Part shown: one piece after another, positions 37,076-49,240 of the stretch
Layout of the letters: every line of letters begins with the position of its first letter
Numbering within the stretch: position 1 is the first letter of the stretch
Assembly: GCA_051530055.1 (NCBI GenBank)
Contig: CM121343.1
Location: 5,240,389 to 5,304,388, forward strand
Source of the DNA: Neoechinorhynchus agilis
Lineage: Eukaryota > Animalia > Acanthocephala
Reading direction: 5' to 3'
DNA length: 64,000 nt
Made by a program: the position numbers and the translations under genes
Notes under the pieces: generated by a model
What the model was told of the DNA's origin: nothing
Seen by the model: only the letters and a program-made list of their open reading frames with translations
The model's database searches: none

Positions 37076-37399
37076 TCTCCCACTGGTAGAGCTCGTGACT
37101 TGGAAAGATGCTGAAATTTATCACCGGCGACATGCGCTCCAGCAGCTTCCTGATGCAACGAATCAGCGCGGCGAGGAAGCTGCCGAACAATCATAACGAC
37201 AGTTGCAGAATTGGACGAAAAGGAGGAATTTGTGAACGAAAAGAATGAACTTTGTTCTTCTGAAATATTTCGAGAATGACAATAATCAAAAAGTTTCCAT
37301 TATTATAGTTTCATATAAAAAGAGTTCCACACAAAACCCACCGATCACAATCTCTCGTCTTCCATGACGTCATGTCTAACTGCAGCTCTTTCGTTTCCG

Positions 37400-38776
37400 C
37401 AGAACCACAACAGCAAAAGCGTGCACACACCGATAACGCGCTTTGTTCCCTTCCGGCGCTCTGTATTGTAGGAAGATTATGAGCGCATGGGAGGGGAGGC
37501 CCGCATATCCGTCATTGCAAGAGTCCCTCGGTATCCGAAGAACTTATCCCACCGGTTAAACGAGTTTCCGATCCCCTGATCGAATACGTCCATTACATCT
37601 TCGTTATTTCCGGGATTTTCGCACAGGGGCAAACTCCATTGATGTATCTGGCGAAGATTTCTCCGAATAGTCCAAGTACCTTGCACGAGAGCTGCTTCCT
37701 TTTATCCCATGAGAGAGATCGTACAATAGTTCAGTAACGTCAATATCCCAATCCACTAAAAAATAATTAGTACTATACGAAATTATTTTCTGGGTATGAA
37801 TTTTATATAAGTGTTTCCTCCTTCACTTGATTGATTGGGACTTCAAATCCATTGCTCTTGATCGCAATATGAATGCCCTTTAGGTTGTCGCGTAAAGGTC
37901 CTTTAGTTCGATTTCGGTTGTTTTCGCGATTTTCTTACCTGTGAAGGGCCATCCACTCAAAAGATAACCCTACAGGTTTCATAATTCTTGGTCTGCTTCC
38001 GTGGCTTTTCGGACGTGAGACCCACCTCCTCTATTGTCTGTAGGGCGACCAAGGGGTGCTGCGAGGCGTTCTTTCTCAAGCTCGGCGCCTTCTGCAATCG
38101 TCCACTTACTTTTTCTATATTCTTCTATCGATTGTATTGTTGACAGAAGAGCAACTCGTTATTTTGTTTCGTTATGTACTGGAACCGATACAAACGTTAT
38201 CCCCATTAATTCGACTTTTGACGGCTTCAGATTGTCCAAATCGTGAGGTTGATGATAATTAGTCGTTGAAGATTTATTCTTGTTTGGCGTAATATCGATG
38301 GCATTTATGACCTTGTTAACACTACTCACAATATCCACATTTTGCGAGTCGACTGTACGCTCATTTTCAACGTCATCAGCCTTTGGAGATTTAACTTTTC
38401 CAATAATAACAGTACAAATATATAAAAATTAGGATAAAAAATCAGGATGTATCTTGTACCGTTTCGGTCGACCGTTAAAGCGATAGTAACAGATTTGGGT
38501 TTCTTCGTTGTTTTCTTCACTTCGTTCGACTCAATGTTTAAAATAGGTTCATCCTCAGTCTTTGAATCGCTGCTCGTAGAAGCGATCACCGACCTCGTTA
38601 TCATAATGTGGGTCCTTCGCTTTTCGACATTCTTTGACGTTGCAAAGGTCCCATTTAATAGCGATTCGATACTCACAATATCCACATTTTGCGCATCGAT
38701 TGTACGCTCATTGGAACAAAACACTGAAGATGTTTCTCACGAACAAAGGGACAACTGGCTATTTATTAACCTTTAA
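37400..38776 (-). CDS. Possible multi-exon gene of unknown function with an internal repeat (ERT.D.QNVDI x2)
   Basis: Open frames, a plausible gtacaa..aaaag intron and a duplicated ~50-bp segment (~38322-38375 / ~38669-38715). No recognisable domain. Confidence 0.25.
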
Positions 38777-39849
38777 ATAAGAGTCTGCTTTTTAATTTGC
38801 TTATTCCGATTTCAGCCCAAACTCCGATTGCTTAAATATCCACGCATTTTTTAACTAATGTGATTGTACCATTCGATCGATTGAGCACGCCGTGCAAATG
38901 TCTAGCATAATTTATTTGAACATTACGTGTTCATTTAAATGTGCAATTACTAAAAAACAAGCTACCCGCCGTCTCGTAATTACGGATTAGGAGGACAAAA
39001 GTTTTGTTTCTATGTAAACTGCAACACCTCATTAAGGGTTCCTTGCGTTTCGCTAAAGATAGTTTCTATCGATCGTCCCAGGTTCTTTGCTTGATGGCGC
39101 TTGAGAAATCGAAATGGTCACGCAAACTCTTAGAATCTGTGTTCCATGCAAAGCGGAATAAACAAAAGCTCCGCTCTTATCCGAGGATATTTAGTCCACG
39201 CCTCGTCCAACAACAATTTATTCGGAAAGGCACGCGCTAGAATGAAGTCAAGAATGATCCATTTAAGCATTTTTGTCGCGGGCCAAGAGGGGTTTTGACT
39301 GAAAGGATAAGGGGATAAGGGGGCTTATGTAAGACATCAAGAAAGGTACTGAGGAATTTCATGCATTGTTCCGGTGATCTGCCTCTTGAGAAGACGTTGC
39401 CCGAAATGGCCCAGGAATTCCAGACCGATTAACCGCGTTTAGTCCAAGACCTAGACTAAACGCAGTTTTGGTTTTGATTCTAGCAATCTTCAGCAGTTTC
39501 TTGAGCTTAAATATGTCGTGCGTGCAACTCAAATTAGTGCTGAAAGTATACCCAGAATATCAATCTTATTATAATGGGGGAGGCTATCGAGCTTGAAGAA
39601 GTCCGAGCAGAATTCTCTGACTTCGCGTTCCCCTAGCTGTTGGGATTTAGCTCTAGGCCCATCAGAGAAAGCTTATCAATGAGAAAGTAAAAAGGCTGGA
39701 TAATTTCGAGATCGCACCCATATAGTTGAGCTCCTTGATGATGATCGTCAGATCGTCAGATCGTCTGCATAGCAAGTGACAGAAGGGCATATTGAACACT
39801 TTTGTACAATAAATTACGTGGCCAGGCAGAATAAAATGGGCGAAAGTGA

Positions 39850-42490
39850 CAAAACGTTTTTGAGATGGATCACCGCCGAAATAAAATTTTTTGACCTCAA
39901 TGTGTTATTGACGCGAGCAATAATATTATATGGAAAATTATAGAAACGTAAGATATTCACGACAAAAAATTTAAGTTGACTCTGTCAAATGCTTTCTTTA
40001 TATCAAAGGAGATTAAGATATTCATAGATTGAACAGCGTTAGAAAAATTACTAATTATTTCTCTTATTGCTGTGTGCACAGATTTCCCGGCTAATAAGCC
40101 ATGGCAACGGTTGTTGATGCAGCCGTGTTCCATTGCCGTAGAATCGCCAACTCGACTGCAACAATGACCGATTCTTTCGAGGCAAATAGCATCGATTTTG
40201 TTCCAAGAATCTTTTTAGCCAATGATGATATCATACCGTCTCGTCCCATCACACCATCGATACTTAAAATAGCCTGGAGAAATAATGAGCCAACTGGATC
40301 GTTCATAAGGACACATAGCTCTTCGCTTTTTGGATTGTCGAGAATATCGTACTTTTTCATAAACTCAGAATTGATGTGCTAAGTATTGACGAGTTTCGCG
40401 ATGGGATTCAATTATTTGCAAAATCAGAGGTTGGGCAACCTTATCGGCGGTCAATGGATCGAAACTGGATTCTGAACGAATAAGATTGAATGTTTTCACG
40501 ATGAATCGATTGATAAAACCAACGAAACCGAATCTGTCGCATGCCATAATGAGAAACGTAAACACAGGACACACGATTGGGTCCGTACAAGCTGTGGTGC
40601 AATTCGTTTCTGAGGCTAGCCAAAATCTTTCTTCGCTTGATCGCCCTTTGTTCATCATCGTTCGTATTGCCATTTGAATTGCCATATAACAATTTCTCTA
40701 ACAATGTCTTAAAGACATTTTTCGAGCACCGAGTTGAGTTAGAGAAATTGTTATATGACAATTCAAATTACAATACGAACGATGATGAACAAAGGGCGAT
40801 CAAGCGAAGAAAGATTTTGGCTAGCCTCAGAAACGAATTGCACCACAGCTTGTACGGACCCAATCGTGTCCTGTGTTTACGTTTCTCATTATGGCATGCG
40901 ACAGATTCGGTTTCGTTGGTTTTATCAATCGATTCATCGTGAAAACATTCAATCTTATTCGTTCAGAATCCAGTTTCGATCCATTGACGCGTTTGCCCAA
41001 CCTCTGATTTTGCAAATAATTGAATCCCATTCGCTAATATCAATTCTGAGTTTATGAAAAAGTACGATATTCTCGACAATCCAAACAGCGTCCTTATGAT
41101 CCAGTTGGCTCATTATTTCTCCAGGCTATTTTAAGCGAGACGGTATGATATCATCATTGGCTAAAAAGATTCTTGGAACAAAATCGCTATTTGCCTCGAA
41201 AGAATCGGTCATTGTTGCAGTCGAGTTGGCGATTCCAATAACAATGTTGCCATGGCTTTTTAGCCGGGAAATCTGTGCACACAGCAATAAGAGAAATAAT
41301 TAGTAATTTTTCTAACGCTGTTCAATCTATGAATATCTTAATCTCCTTTGATATAAAGAAAGCATTTGACAGAGTCAACTTAGACTGTCGTGAATATCTT
41401 ACGACGGGATAAAAACGTTTTTGAGATGGATCACCGCCGAAATAAAATTTTTTGACCTCAATGTGTTATTGACGCGAGCAATAATATTATATGGAAAATT
41501 ATAGAAACGTAAGATATTCACGACAAAAAATTTAAGTTGACTCTGTCAAATGCTTTCTTTATATCAAAGGAGATTAAGATATTCATAGATTGAACAGCGT
41601 TAGAAAAATTACTAATTATTTCTCTTATTGCTGTGTGCACAGATTTCCCGGCTAAAAAGCCATGGCAACGGTTGTTGATGCAGCCGTGTTCCATTGCCGT
41701 AGAATCGCCAACTCGACTGCAACAATGACCGATTCTTTCGAGGCAAATAGCATCGATTTTGTTCCAAGAATCTTTTTAGCCAATGATGATATCATACCGT
41801 CTCGTCCCATCACGCTATCGATACTTAGAATAGCCTGGAGAAATAATGAGCCAACTGGATCGTTCATAAGGACACATAGCTCTTCGCTGTTTGGATTGTC
41901 GAGAATATCGTACTTTTTCATAAACTCAGAATTGATGTGCAAAGTAATGACGAGTTTCGCGATGGGATTCAATTATTTGCAAAATCAGAGGTTGGGCAAC
42001 CTTATCGGCGGTCAATGGATCGAAACTGGATTCTGAACGAATAAGATTGAATGTTTTCACGATGAATCGATTGATAAAACCAACGAAACCGAATCTGTTG
42101 CATGCCATAATGAGAAACGTAAACACAGGACACACGATTGGGTCCGTACAAGCTGTGGTGCAATTCGTTTCTGAGGCTAGCCAAAATCTTTCTTCGCTTG
42201 ATCGCCCTTTGTTCATCATCGTTCGTATTGTAATTTGAATTGCCATATAACAATTTCTCTAACTCAACTCGATGCTCGAAAAATGTCTTTAAGACATTGT
42301 TAAGAATAGAGATCACGCTTTTTACGGTTCTGTATTGAGAAAAGCTGTTCACGATGTGATTGTAGACTCCGTCAAAGTGTGCAGCGAAGAAATTGATTTC
42401 CGCTAGTGCACGCTTTGCACCTTTTACGAAGTCAGGAGCCCGGCAAAACAGTATTTGAATGATCTCACACGTCGGAGGCGAAATGAGCAA
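39850..42490 (-). pseudogene. NOP9/Pumilio-repeat-like gene fragment, frameshifted, as an inverted triplication (direct 39850-40700, inverted 40701-41405, direct 41410-42263)
   Basis: Repeat-like motifs TDPIVCPVFTFLI, ADKVAQPLILQII and MNDPVGSLFLQAIL in shifting frames. The copy structure is directly visible; the NOP9 assignment is from recalled motifs. Confidence 0.5.
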
Positions 42491-42619
42491 TTGGTTTTTC
42501 TGGTGGTCTACAAACCTTTGTTAGGGCTGATTTTAAACCAACCTTACTTTTATCTTTAAAAGTTGAACTGTTTAAAATTTTAATTTCTCTCGATATCGCA
42601 CCCGTATTGGCTTAGATGT

Positions 42620-44330
42620 CCTCAGCTCCACCCCATTCTTATCATTACAGGCTGTGTAACCAAGTTTTTAAGAAAGTTTCGCAATTTGCTATTATTTTGG
42701 AACTCGGATTTAATAATCGGTGATTTTAACACGAACTACTTGTCTGTCATGCGACCTTATTTTAAAGATCAGAAATTCATGCTACCTAATTTTCCCTCGT
42801 TCCATAACATGGCACGTAATCGACACTCATTTATTGATGGAGCTTTTGTAAGCAAATCCTTCCCTATCAAGCTTTACCCCAGAATTCAAGTTCAGTCTCA
42901 ATTACGAATGGTACACGATCTTATCGTTTTTTCTCTTCAGGGTGCTCACTGAAAGATACTTTTTTTATTTTAAATAAAATTAATGAGTTTGATTTAGAAA
43001 TCTACAAAAAGAAATTTAGTATTCTCCAATTTTATTAGAAGACCTCCCGTTTCCAGAAAAGCGAATCTTATATACAAACAATCGCTGATTGCTAACCTTC
43101 ACAGCGATGTTCATTTATACCAACTTCTTATGAAAAAGTTTTTCACTACTAAATTTTATGAGAGTATTGAACGGGACAGGATGTTTTTATTAAAACAGGC
43201 GATTTAAGGGAAAACAAACTGGGCTACTATTCTGAACAGACGCTTCGTTAGTTGGAAAGCCAAAGCAGCCAACTGAATCAGCTCTAAGATATACCCGACC
43301 GTGGTCAAAGAAATTTTAGCTGCACACACTTTTAGTGCCTGCGCCCACCCACCTATCACCATTCTTGGTGAAAATAACTTTACTTGGTGCTTCACGCTAG
43401 AGCAATTTTTACATGCTTCGAAACCCCATCCTTCCTACGCTTATAATGGCAGTTCTGTCTCCCTTGAAATCTTTTCTGGAGTCAGTACTGAAAATAAATC
43501 CGCATTTTTTAACAAATTTTTTAAATCCAAACTTAGCTGACTTGTTGAACATCAACATTGTTAGGAAAGTTTTTATTTCCAAATCAAAGGGTTCTATCTC
43601 TCGCCCTAATCACATTAGAATAAATGCATTCCAAAATCCCATTATCTACTGCCCGGAGAGAATTATTAACTCTAAATTGTTAAATTTTTTGGAGGAACGG
43701 GTTTCCACGGGTTTGTTCGTCGACGTGGGTTTCATTCCCTATTAACGGATCTCCACCTCTTAAATACGGCAACAAATACAAATAAAGTTCTGATCCAAAT
43801 CCTTCTATTCATGTAACACGAAATTCTTTTCTCGCTATGGTGTTTCTCAAGGTTCTACATTGTCGCCCACTCTCTTCTTGATTGCTATGTCATTTATTTT
43901 AAAAGACATCAATGGCTACCATTTTATCCGTCCAATTATTTGCGCGGACGACATTTTTCTTTTTTGCAAAGCTCGCTTCAGTGGTTTCATTGTTTCTAAA
44001 CTCTCTTCTTACCTCGAAAACCTTGTCTCTGCTCTCTCTAAAAGAAAATCTTATTTTGAATCTTAACAAATCTTTTATAATTCTGCTCACTAGATCTTAC
44101 GGCCCAAGGAAATCTCTTGCTCTTCTATTTAGCTCATCCCCATTTTATCAAGCTTTTACCATCAAAAGGCACTCTCGTGTGCTCTGAATTGATTTTCCTT
44201 CTACACAAAACCCAATTTTTATTAATACTTCTCTGAAGAGTACGTTCTCTGAAAATTAAATCTATAATCTCCTTGTCCCTTTCCCAACCCTTGCCCGTGC
44301 ACTTAAAGTTATTGTAGGAGGGCCACTGTG
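42620..44330 (+). mobile_element. Highly decayed APE-endonuclease LINE relic
   Basis: APE-like IIGDFNT, SFIDGAFVS and HDLI; RT-like GVSQGSTLSPTLF and ICADDI; many stops. Confidence 0.75.
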
Positions 44331-44425
44331 CTTCTTTGGGTGCGGTAGATCTCCAGAACTACGGATTTCCTTTTTTAAAACTTTTAATGATAAACTATGT
44401 AAATTGTTTTTTTAATTGAACTTCG

Positions 44426-45664
44426 ATGGAGACTCTTTTCAGCCATTTTCGCACAAATTATTTTTATCAAAAATATGGTCTGAACATTTGTAGGTATGTG
44501 AAGGTGAAGTCTTCGGTTTTTAGAATACTATGTACGAAGGACTTGAACAATTTGGACTTCAATTCGATCTTGAGTCGAACATATAAGATGTTCCCAACGG
44601 AAAACGACCAATTCAACCAATTTTTGAGTTTTGTATCGAAACGAGAAGCGAGACGGTTGGTAAATTAACCGGAATCCTTATTGGACTTTTGCGCTATGTT
44701 GTATTGTAATTAATTGCGCATGGTTTTCATTTTATTGAGAAGCAATACTGAGGGATTTAATCAATCCGACACTCAGCTTTACTCGTTGCCTCGATTGGTT
44801 TCTACCACCAACTCAATTATCGAAAAAGAAGAACACTGCATCCTTGGTAACAATTCTGTGTGAGGCTGTTAATATAATAATCACATCGTGTTTACTAATT
44901 TTTTTCGTGTGTTCGTGAGACTCATTCCTGAGGATTTTGAGATAAACTTCAATGAGCAACAATAAGCATTTGCCCTGCTTACAAAATGAAGAGAATGGAT
45001 CGGCCGTAGACTCAGTTCGTTCCAATTGCATAGAAGATGCCGATAGTCAGGACCGATGCGTTCGTTCAGCGTTTATTGGAACTGGTCGAGGACTCCAAAG
45101 TCACAACATAAACTCGCGGCTAAATCTTCAAAAGTGTCTAAATTTATAAATCGAAAACCGGCTTCTGATAGCCTGTTGTCTATAAAAGATGACAAAATGT
45201 TTGTTATTCCTTCGATGGAAATGGAAGCGTTTGGAGAATATTTTCACAGTGAGACTTGTTCACGGGTTGCCTTGGATTTCTATCTTGCCTGTCAGGCGAT
45301 AAAAACTATACCGGAAGATGACGAGTCTATACGAAAATCCGTGAAATCGATGCACCGATTATTCGTTTGGAAATATATGAAGCCCTATGCAATCGTTGAC
45401 GTCGACAATTACGTTAGTATGGAAACTTTGAAAAATATTAACAAGAATATAGCCGTAAAGAAGATTGGTTATCGTGAAAAGTTTGAGCCTGCCGCTCAAG
45501 AACTTTCCTATGTGATTGAAAAGCATTTTAAGAACTATTTGGCTTCCAAAAGGCGACTGGAGCGTGCAAAAAATAATCAGGGACATTTTCAAACTACTGA
45601 CGGATTCTACATGAATTTACGAAAGGAACATTTTAAAATCATTTTTTACACCATTTTTGCATAA
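44426..45664 (+). CDS. RGS-domain protein (5' structure uncertain; main ORF 45056-45664)
   Basis: AFGEYFHSETCSRVALDFYLACQAIK..FVWKYM..AIVDVD...FEPAAQEL..IEKHFKNYL fits the RGS helix pattern. Inclusion of the upstream 44426 ORF is tentative. Confidence 0.6.
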
Positions 45665-46950
45665 AATCATTTCTTTCCACTGAAACGATGATTTTTATTC
45701 TAAACTTCATTTATCTCCTAAAAGGACCCATCATTTCCTCAACACCGCCCGTGGATTAGTCTTGTTTTTTAACATCTGAGCGCTTTTCAAAGGTATAAAA
45801 TTCACGTGCTTGTAAGAATCGTTTGTGGCGGATAAAGTGATTATGTAATTGGTATTAAGGAAGTGGATCCTTTTAAACTAGGATTTAATTACAAGCTTTG
45901 AATTCACGTGGGCGCTGTATTCGTCTAAGTTAATTCCTTTTTATTTATATAATAACAAGTTTATTTGTTTGCAAAGTCGAAATCACTATTTCGTTCTCTT
46001 TGGCGTCGAGAAACTCGAGTCGTTGGTCAAACAATTGACGAAGAGACTGCGGCAGGAGCATTCCTCCTACAAAACATAAGCATGGATGTTGAACAATAAG
46101 GGAACGCTGCATCCGTCCTTTCGACCATTACAACACCAGGACGGCAGTCGAGTGTTCCAGAAAGGCGATGGGTGGTGAAGAACGATGGGGAACACCTTGT
46201 TTCTCACCTCGAGGATGGATCATTCCCTCTCTGAGTCGCATTTTTCAACGTTAATAATAGAAAATTTGCAATGTTTAGTCTGGCGGCATAAATTGCGAGA
46301 TGTTGGAGAATGAAAACCGAAGGATCGAGGAGACTTACTAAATAATTCGTTAAACCCCGCAATTGCAACAAGAATAATGAGCGAGTTCTTAAATTTGTCC
46401 AAAGTTGTGGTCCAGGTTTTCACATTATGCTATGACCCCACTCTACCTTCTTCCTCCCGGGGAGAAAACAAGCGTTCGTGCTTTATTTCTACGTAATGTC
46501 CGGTATCACGCGCATCGACACGAATATATGCTGTTGAATTTTTGACGAGGCGAGTTTGATCGATTCGTAGAGACGATGATGATGATGATGGTGGTGGTGT
46601 GTATGGACCAGTTCGCCAGTATTTGGGTGTGTGGATCCTATCACCAAAGCGTTGCTGTCTGGTTCGAATTTGGCGATCACTGATTAGGAGTGTATTTGTG
46701 AAGACAGGACGAACAACAGAATCTACTAAAGATGATGATAGGAACCGAGGAAGTGATAACACGACGAAGTTAGACGATTGTCCATACACTACGATTAAGA
46801 CGTGTTGTTGTTGTTGTTTTGGTGTGATGGGGATTGTTTTCTCCTCTTCTCGTCGTTGTTGTTGTTGTTGTTGTTGGTTATGGTTCTTGTGACCATAACC
46901 AGGTTAGCTCACTCAAACGTACGCTCACACACTTTTCCTCTAGTCCGGCT

Positions 46951-48612
46951 TTAATAGCTTGGGACTACATCCACCTCGCCGACAGCAGTTGCTGGACCAT
47001 CCGGATCTGGGGTCTGTATTGTGCTCAACATTTCACCAACGACGTTTGTGACTTCATTTGATTGCTGTCGCGCTGAGACGTTGGAGCTATCACCATTAAC
47101 GGTCGTACGAGGCGCCACGGACGTGTTATTTCCCATAGTGTTATTGGCGGCGGCGGCGGTTGTATTGGTCGATCTTCTATTTCTCTGACTAAACCTTCGT
47201 CTTCTATTTCCTTGACCAACTCCAGGTCTTCTTTGAAATCTTTCATAAGCCTTTAGAGACTGTTCTGCGAACACGGCAGCACGTTGTTTCTTCAATTCCG
47301 ATATCTGCTCCTCTGTGTGATCAGCACCCATGTGGGCCTTTACAGCCTCAAGTGCACGATATATGGGGTCGTCCGTACGTTTATCTTCGTTATTTGTGCG
47401 CTCTTCTGGATCTGCAGGGTCCTCGCCGCCGCTCTTAACGGATGGAACCACTTCGGGAGTCACGTCTTTTGTTGCTCCATCGAACACCTTCTCACACAAA
47501 GCACACTCATATGAGACCGAAATACGGGCGAACGGATGGACGTTATCCACGTGCCGTTTAAATCCATGAGCCAGGTTGACCATTGTACGACACAATGGGC
47601 ACGAAATCAGAAAACCTTCATTCCCAGGATGAGCCAATTTAAGATCAAGAGAGAACTGTTGACTTCCTCTGCAACGGGCTCTGTGACGAGCCAACTCACC
47701 AGCACTCATGAACGCAAACGGACAATAAGCGCAATTGTGCAAATTGACGTCTTCAGTGATGTAAGTGACTTCACCGGTTGCACTGGTAGTAGCTGCTGGA
47801 TTGGCTGGAGTTGCCGATTCTCCGGTGGCACCATTAGGATGGTGCTCCTTCATGTGAACGGTAATGGATTTGGCGCTGTTGAACACTGCACGACAATGCT
47901 GGCAAACAAAACGGCGTCGGCGATCTTGCTGTTGCTGTTGTTGCCTACCACCACCACCCCGGCGATTGTTACTCACATTCTGTTGATGCTGTGATTGAAT
48001 TCCAGCTTGGTTAGTCTGACTTCCCGCGGATTGTGTTTTCGATTGATCTCCCTCGGTTGACCTTCTTCCTCTCGGATGGGCTCGGCGAGTATGGCGCGAT
48101 CTAGCCTGAGCTGTATCAAACTCGACCTGGCAAAGATCACAAACGTATCGCCTGGCTTGTTGACGCATCTGGGGCGGGTTTCGGTAATCGTTTCCTTGAC
48201 TAAAGACCCGTCGACGTTGTGGAGGCATTCTTCGATACCTCTGCTGTGGTTGACGCATAGACTGTTGGTACCCACCACCACCTCCTCCTCCTCCCATATT
48301 TCCATACCTCGGACCGAGCGCTCCTCCATAATATTGACCAGTCATTCCGCCGCCGCCGCCGCCGCCTCCTCCGCTACCACCACCAACAGGTCCACCGCCG
48401 CCGCCGCCGCCGCCACCACCATAGTGTCCATAGTCATCCACCGGACGCCGGCCGTACTGCGAGGGAGGGCCAACACTGCGACGTCTGCCAGATGGCTGCT
48501 GGTTCTGGTACATTGAAGGACCTGTCGAATAAAGACGACTGCTATGTGTGAAGACTCTATCTTGTTTATGGCTGGGACCTAAGTACCCACCAGGTTGGCG
48601 CATTGCTTCCAT
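46951..48612 (-). CDS. Intronless C2H2 zinc-finger protein (about 5 fingers) with G/R/Q-rich N-terminus
   Basis: 553-aa ORF with CDLC..H...H, CQHC..H...H, CAYC, CPLC..H...H and CALC fingers. Confidence 0.85.
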   Translation of the reverse strand: MEAMRQPGGYLGPSHKQDRVFTHSSRLYSTGPSMYQNQQPSGRRRSVGPPSQYGRRPVDDYGHYGGGGGGGGGGPVGGGSGGGGGGGGGMTGQYYGGALGPRYGNMGGGGGGGGYQQSMRQPQQRYRRMPPQRRRVFSQGNDYRNPPQMRQQARRYVCDLCQVEFDTAQARSRHTRRAHPRGRRSTEGDQSKTQSAGSQTNQAGIQSQHQQNVSNNRRGGGGRQQQQQQDRRRRFVCQHCRAVFNSAKSITVHMKEHHPNGATGESATPANPAATTSATGEVTYITEDVNLHNCAYCPFAFMSAGELARHRARCRGSQQFSLDLKLAHPGNEGFLISCPLCRTMVNLAHGFKRHVDNVHPFARISVSYECALCEKVFDGATKDVTPEVVPSVKSGGEDPADPEERTNNEDKRTDDPIYRALEAVKAHMGADHTEEQISELKKQRAAVFAEQSLKAYERFQRRPGVGQGNRRRRFSQRNRRSTNTTAAAANNTMGNNTSVAPRTTVNGDSSNVSARQQSNEVTNVVGEMLSTIQTPDPDGPATAVGEVDVVPSY

Positions 48613-49240
48613 CTAAATGGTAAAAAGCGTGAGAGACAGTGCGTCGACGGCTTATCCTCCCGTGCTCTGGTGTAGAGTGTGTGTGTGCGAGGCCTAAAGC
48701 ATCGACGACGACGACGACGAGAGGCACATCGAACAACCACCGTCGTCGCCATCACAGCGCTCTACTACTACTTACAAGCGACGATCGATTACGGCACACA
48801 CACACACACACACACATCGAGCGCAAATGTGACGACATCATAGAGCGCAGCCAAGTTGAAAAATGCGCGATGACGTAACCCGAAAAAGCGCGCGCGCGAA
48901 CGTTTAAAAAGTCCCTTTCAAATTCAGAAGCAGCAGCAGCGGCGGAGGCGACGAAGACAAAAGGAAGAATAAATGGACGCATTATTTTTGATTGGCAAAA
49001 ACGGGTATGTGTATTTAATAGAAGACAACAATCAGGCGTTGGTCCCCCTTTTCTCCCTTCTTGAAGCACATGCGTCGCGATACAAAGTGCGACCCCATCA
49101 TCATCATCATCATTGTTGTTGTTAGGCATCTTTTATATGCACAGTACCTCTTCGGAAAGAACATTTAGAGGAAGAAAATTAGAATTTGTTTGACCGGAAG
49201 CCTTCAACGAAAACACGATCTGTTCGCCATACACACACAG

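Noticed and set aside
38056-38262. 68-aa hydrophobic ORF on the plus strand
   Set aside because: Starts at GTG, overlaps a possible minus-strand gene and has no recognisable family.
39000-39750. Possible further RT relic (GPGIPDRLT, GGYRA)
   Set aside because: Motifs too decayed to support a call.
41930-42160. Frameshifts in the NOP9-like fragment as possible introns (including a tgcaaa/tttgca hairpin)
   Set aside because: The segments that would be excised encode the Pumilio-like motifs themselves; simple pseudogene indels fit better.
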